DNA of 64,000 bases. Source: the human T2T-CHM13v2.0 reference genome, Homo sapiens. Below the pieces are notes generated by a model. The model did not search any database, had not been told where the DNA came from, and worked only from the letters and a program-made list of their open reading frames with translations. The translations under genes and the position numbers were made by a program. Below are positions 58,611 through 64,000 of this stretch, one piece after another. Within the stretch, counting starts at the first letter, position 1. Each line of letters opens with the position of its first letter. The DNA is taken from NCBI RefSeq assembly GCF_009914755.1, contig NC_060931.1; one strand, written 5' to 3'.

Positions 58611-58727
58611 TATCATGAAATAAAATTTGAACAGAGAGAATGTTTAAATTTTAAAAGTAGATTAATCACTGGTAGGTCTAACTGCATATGGTTCTAACAG
58701 GTGGAGGCTCATGGTAAAGAAAAAAAT

Positions 58728-58886
58728 GTTTGTTGTTGTTGTTGTGTTTGTTTGTCTGTTTTTTAAAATAACTCAAGGTTGCGGTATGTTGCCTAATCTG
58801 GTCTGAAACTCCTGGGCTCAAATGATCCTCCCTCCTTGGCATCTCAAAGTGTTGGGATTACAGGTATGAGAGCCACTGCACTCAGC
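58728..58886 (-). mobile_element. FLAM-type Alu left monomer
   Basis: ctcctgggctcaaatgatcctccc...caaagtgttgggattacagg; (TTG)n tail. Confidence 0.85.
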
Positions 58887-59129
58887 AGAAAAAGCACTTT
58901 TAAAAAATGAAAAAAAATATTTTATCTGCATATATAGGAAAATGCAAATTATTTTTCAACCATGCCGCACTTTAAAAAATTATTTTTAAGACTTATTGTT
59001 TTTAACACATGTATTTCTTTTTTGAGGGCTGTATGTTAATGTTCTTTCTTGTATATGCCTTTAAAAAGCAAGTTACAGGCTTCTGTAGTTGAAATACAAG
59101 AAACTGATTTCTGCACCCACTTGAAGTAT

Positions 59130-60835
59130 TAATCATATTTTTTAAGATACAGATAGAACATATGAAAAAGAAACAACTGGAAAAGAGACTGGACATCAGG
59201 AAGCAAAAGTGGTCCATGCGAGATAGAATAAAAATGAAGTGAGCCTCATAACTGCCCCAGCTCACTGCCTTGAGACAGTTTCAGAGCCATTGAACAAGGA
59301 GGGTAACCTAAGTGGAATTCAAGAGACTTCCTGAGTTAAGGAGACAGACCTAAGAATCTGGAGAGACAAAGGCAGGTCAAGTTTACAAAAAGAGTACTAA
59401 AGAGGAAAGAACTGGACAAAGAGAGAAATTCAGAAATCTCATAGGGCCTCTCTTGAGTATTCAGCAGAATATTGATTAATGCATGTGCTTCAACTATCCA
59501 AGCTGAGGGAAGTATTACTGAAAGGATCAGAGAAAAAAAAAAAACAAATCCATGGAACAGACGCAAGACTGGGAATAGTGCCTATTCCACTAGCCAAACG
59601 GAAAAACAAACAAAACTTCATTCTTCACAGGCTTTGTGTATAGTACTTAGAAAGGTTTGCCTCAGTAGTGGAAAACAATTAGACTAGATTGAGCACTGTC
59701 CCAGATTCCAAAAAAATTGTAAAGCAAGTCCCAAAAGGATCAAACTATTTCCAAGTAACCTAATTCCATTCCAGAACAAAACATCCGTGCAAGTGAGCTA
59801 GGAAATGGATCTTTCCAAATTGAACCTTGAGATGACTGCAAACTTATAGAGATTCAGTCAAAAGATAGCTTTAAGTCATGTTTGGATTTCTGGCCCACAG
59901 AAACTGTGGTATAATAAATGACATTTTAAGTCAAGAAATGTTGGTGTAATATTTAACCCAGAAGGAAACTTCCTTAACCTATTAAAAGGTATCCATGAAA
60001 GACCTACAGCAAACATATTTAATGGTGAAAGACAATATTTGTTCCCTAAAGATCAGGAATAGAAAGGATGTCTGCTCTCACTACTTTTGTTCAACTTGTA
60101 CTGTAAGTTCTGGCCAACAAGCTAGCCAGAAAAGGAAAATAAATAAAAGGCTTCCACATTTTAGGGGAATAATTAAAGCTATCTTTATTCATCAACAACA
60201 TGATCATGTATGTAGAATATCTGACAAACTATTAGGACTAGTGAGTGAGATTAGCAAAGTTGCATACCTCAAAATAAATTTATAAAAAATTATTACATTT
60301 CTATATTTTGGAAACAAAAAATGAGAAGTTGAAATAAAAATACCATTCACATTAGCATCAAAATATGAAATATTCGGGATAAATATGACAAAAAATTATA
60401 CACCAAAAAGTACAGCACCGAGGGAGACTGAAGAGAAACTAAATAAATGGAAAGAGACCTACTTTCATGGGTTGGCAGGCTCAATATTGTTAAGTTGCCA
60501 CTTCTCCTGAAATTGATTTATGTATTCAAAACAATTCCAGCTAAAATTCCAGTTGTCTATTTGAAAAAATTGATATTAATGTGATTCTAAAATTGATTCT
60601 AAAATTCTAAAATTGATATTGATGTAGAAATGTAAAGTACCTTAAAAAGAGAAAAAAGTTTTAGAACTTACACTATGTGCTTTCAAGGCTTGTTTATAAA
60701 AGTACAGAAATCAAGACAGTGTTGTATTGACATAAATTAATTAAAGAGATGAATAGACTAGAATAGAGGGCCCAGACATATACTCACAAATATATAGACA
60801 ATTGATTTTCAACAAAGGTATAAAGATAATTCAGT
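59130..60835 (+). mobile_element. Old L1M fragments (5' region 59130-59790, ORF2 region 59960-60835) with an MLT1 3' fragment (about 59790-59950) between them
   Basis: cttgagtattcagcagaatattga; ggatttctggcccacagaaactgt; ttccctaaagatcaggaa...ttcatgggttgg...caattgattttcaacaaagg. Confidence 0.7.
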
Positions 60836-61201
60836 ACAAATATTACTGATAATTACCATTTACTAATTTTTTGTTTATTGCCTATCTTCCTTATTTAAAT
60901 GTAAGCTAATGGAAGGCAAGATCTTGGTCTTATTAACTACCGTGTCCCTGTGTCTATAGTAATGTCTAACACTGAATTCAAATACCACCTTTTGTGGTGA
61001 AAAATGCAAATAACTTAGAGCTAGAAGCAGTTCTGGGTTATGCAATATAGTGCAATCTTATTAATCTTATGCACTTTAACTGTAATAAAGAAGTTGTTTA
61101 GTGGATGCGTAGATGGATGAATAGATAGGCAGGCAGAAAGAAATGCTGCAATGCATTATTAGAAACTACAGAAACAACATACCTCTGAGAATCTCACTTA
61201 A

Positions 61202-61574
<373 letters not shown>

Positions 61575-61599
61575 CAGAACCTCATTTTTTATGATAATT

Positions 61600-61865
61600 A
61601 TAATAGCTATTATTTATGGGGTACTAAATGTATGCAGGAGATAATGCTAAATTCTTTATGCACCTTCTCTCATTTACTAATCCTCAGCAAAAATTTACTA
61701 TGCTGGTTATTAAACTTGTTCCCATTTTACACATGAGGAGACTGATGCACAGAGGTGAAATAAACCTTCACAGTCATGTGCCCCTTAAACTGTAGAGAAA
61801 GGACTTGAACTAAGTTTGCCTTACAACAAAGAGTGTAGGACTCTCAAATATTACATACTGCCTCA
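61600..61865 (-). mobile_element. MIR
   Basis: cccattttacacatgaggagactgatgcacagagg. Confidence 0.85.
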
Positions 61866-62317
61866 GAATGACATCTGACAGTCTCCAAGAAATTCATCCC
61901 AGGAAACGCTTTGCATTTTCTTACTTGTTAAATGAATGTACTCTGTCTGAAAAAAAAATATTGAAAGTGAGCAAAGTTACTCAGAAAAGTTGCTGAAAAC
62001 AATAATATCTAGAATGGAGTAATACAATCTGAAAACCAAAAAGTCATTCAAAACAACTTTTCTCGTTCCTCACTTCAGTAATTAAAGAAACCAGATATTT
62101 TCATTGAATTTGTTTATCTTTGTCTTCACTTTTTCATCCTTTTCCTCCTGCTGCCACTCCCCTATTTGCTCTTATTCCTCCTTTTCCTTCTTTCCCCTCC
62201 TCTTAACTCCCTTTCATTCTTGACTCCTCTAACCATCCTTTTCTGGTTTTGCCTTTTCCAAGACCATACGCATTTCCCTGGTCTTCAATACCAACTCTAC
62301 CATGAGCAGTCTCCATC

Positions 62318-62669
62318 TGTTATAGACTAAATATTTGTGTGCCTCCAAAATTCACACGCTGAAGCCCTATCCCCCAGGGTGATGGTATTATGAGATAGTG
62401 TCTTTGGGAGATGATTAAGGCAAGAGAGCAGAGCCCTCCTTAATGGAACTGGTGCTTTTGTGAAAGAGGCCATAGAAAACTTGTTTTCTCTTTCTGCCAA
62501 CTGAGGATGATGAAAAGATGGTGGCCTCTGGACCAGGAAGTGGGCCCACACCAGACACTAAATTTTCTGGCACCTTGATCTTGGATATCTCAGCCTCCAG
62601 AACCGTGAGAAATAAATTTCTGTTTTGTTAAACCATCCAGTCATGGTATTTTTGCTAGCAGCCATAACA
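62318..62669 (+). mobile_element. MLT1A-like MaLR solo LTR
   Basis: TG...CA ends; ggcaccttgatcttgga...cagcctccagaaccgtgagaaataaatttctgtt; 5-bp TSD ccatc / gcatc. Confidence 0.88.
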
Positions 62670-63134
62670 GCATCTCCTTCATGTTCTCTCCAGTGGTCTA
62701 CAAAGTCTACCACAATTCCACTGCACCCTCAAATTAGCTAGGCTTATTACCCCCATCACTCTATATTGGGTGCTTTAAAGCCCCAGTCTATATAGGCCTT
62801 GTGACTTTCCTCTTGTTTAGGCTATAAAATCCTGAACTAATTATTTACTATGCACCTCCACCAGCTGTCAAACTTAAGTCATATTCATCCAGGAAACCTG
62901 CATTGAAGAAATAATTGAAATAATTGCACTGTAAGCCCTATATCAGCTGTTTCTAGAGTGAAGCAGAGCTCCTAAAATCTGCAAAATAGCACATTCGGCT
63001 GAAACCTGGATACGTGGGATTTTAGTCCTAGATCTAGTTTTGCGATGGTGACAAGTAACATAACTACTTCCCTCTCAGCTGAGTGTTGGGAATCAAGAGA
63101 ATGATAAAATCACACATTCTTACCACAGCAGGAA

Positions 63135-63311
63135 TTATTCTCTGCTTTTAAGGTTCTATGTGATTAGATTAGGCTCACCTGGATAATGCAGGATAACTTC
63201 TCATTTCATTTAAACACATCTGCAAAGTCTCCTTTGCAATGTAAGGTAGCATATTTACATGTTCCAGGGATTAGAATGTGGCCATATTTGTGGGAACATT
63301 ATTCCACCACA
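63135..63311 (-). mobile_element. MLT1C-like LTR 5' fragment
   Basis: gattagattaggctcacctggataatgcaggataa...catctgcaaagtc...ttccagggattagaatgtgg. Confidence 0.75.
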
Positions 63312-63536
63312 AGGCTGTTAAAACTAATGTTTGTATTAGGGCAGAAATCTAGTTATTTCTAAGAATCTTCCCAAAATATAAATGCAAATACTGCATGTCT
63401 GTTTTATTTTTTTTTTCTGCCTTTGCTGTCTTCAAAAAAGAAACTTAGAACTGTTACTGGTCAAACATTGAAAGCCAACATTGCAGAAAATACTATGGGT
63501 GAATGAAGAGAACGAAACAGGAGATTAGAAAAATAA

Positions 63537-64000
<464 letters not shown>

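Overview
AT-rich, CpG-poor simian (human-like) non-coding DNA, either intergenic or deep inside a long intron. I cannot identify the locus or any host gene, and I see no protein-coding exon, RNA gene, CpG island or CRISPR array. Recognisable ORF-track entries are Alu or L1 fragments; the rest look like chance ORFs. The window is dominated by interspersed repeats: Alu J/S copies and monomers, a full-span but internally deleted L1PA7-like element nested in an ancient L1M, further L1PA/L1PB/L1M fragments, MaLR and ERVL LTRs, MER58A, MER53, a Tigger3a-like MITE, MIRs and L2s. Subfamily names come from my recollection of consensus sequences, not from a search. I cannot demonstrate a new biological system. 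The best leads are: (1) a ~340-bp cluster of A>G / AT>GC changes with new CpGs inside the L1PA7 ORF2 (26727-27060); (2) a textbook recursive-splice-site-like motif at 53893 with several weaker + strand siblings and a 37-nt candidate exon; (3) template-switch-like structures, namely a 23-bp-arm hairpin whose centre is copied 1.2 kb away, a 27-bp dispersed doublet and an interlocked double hairpin.
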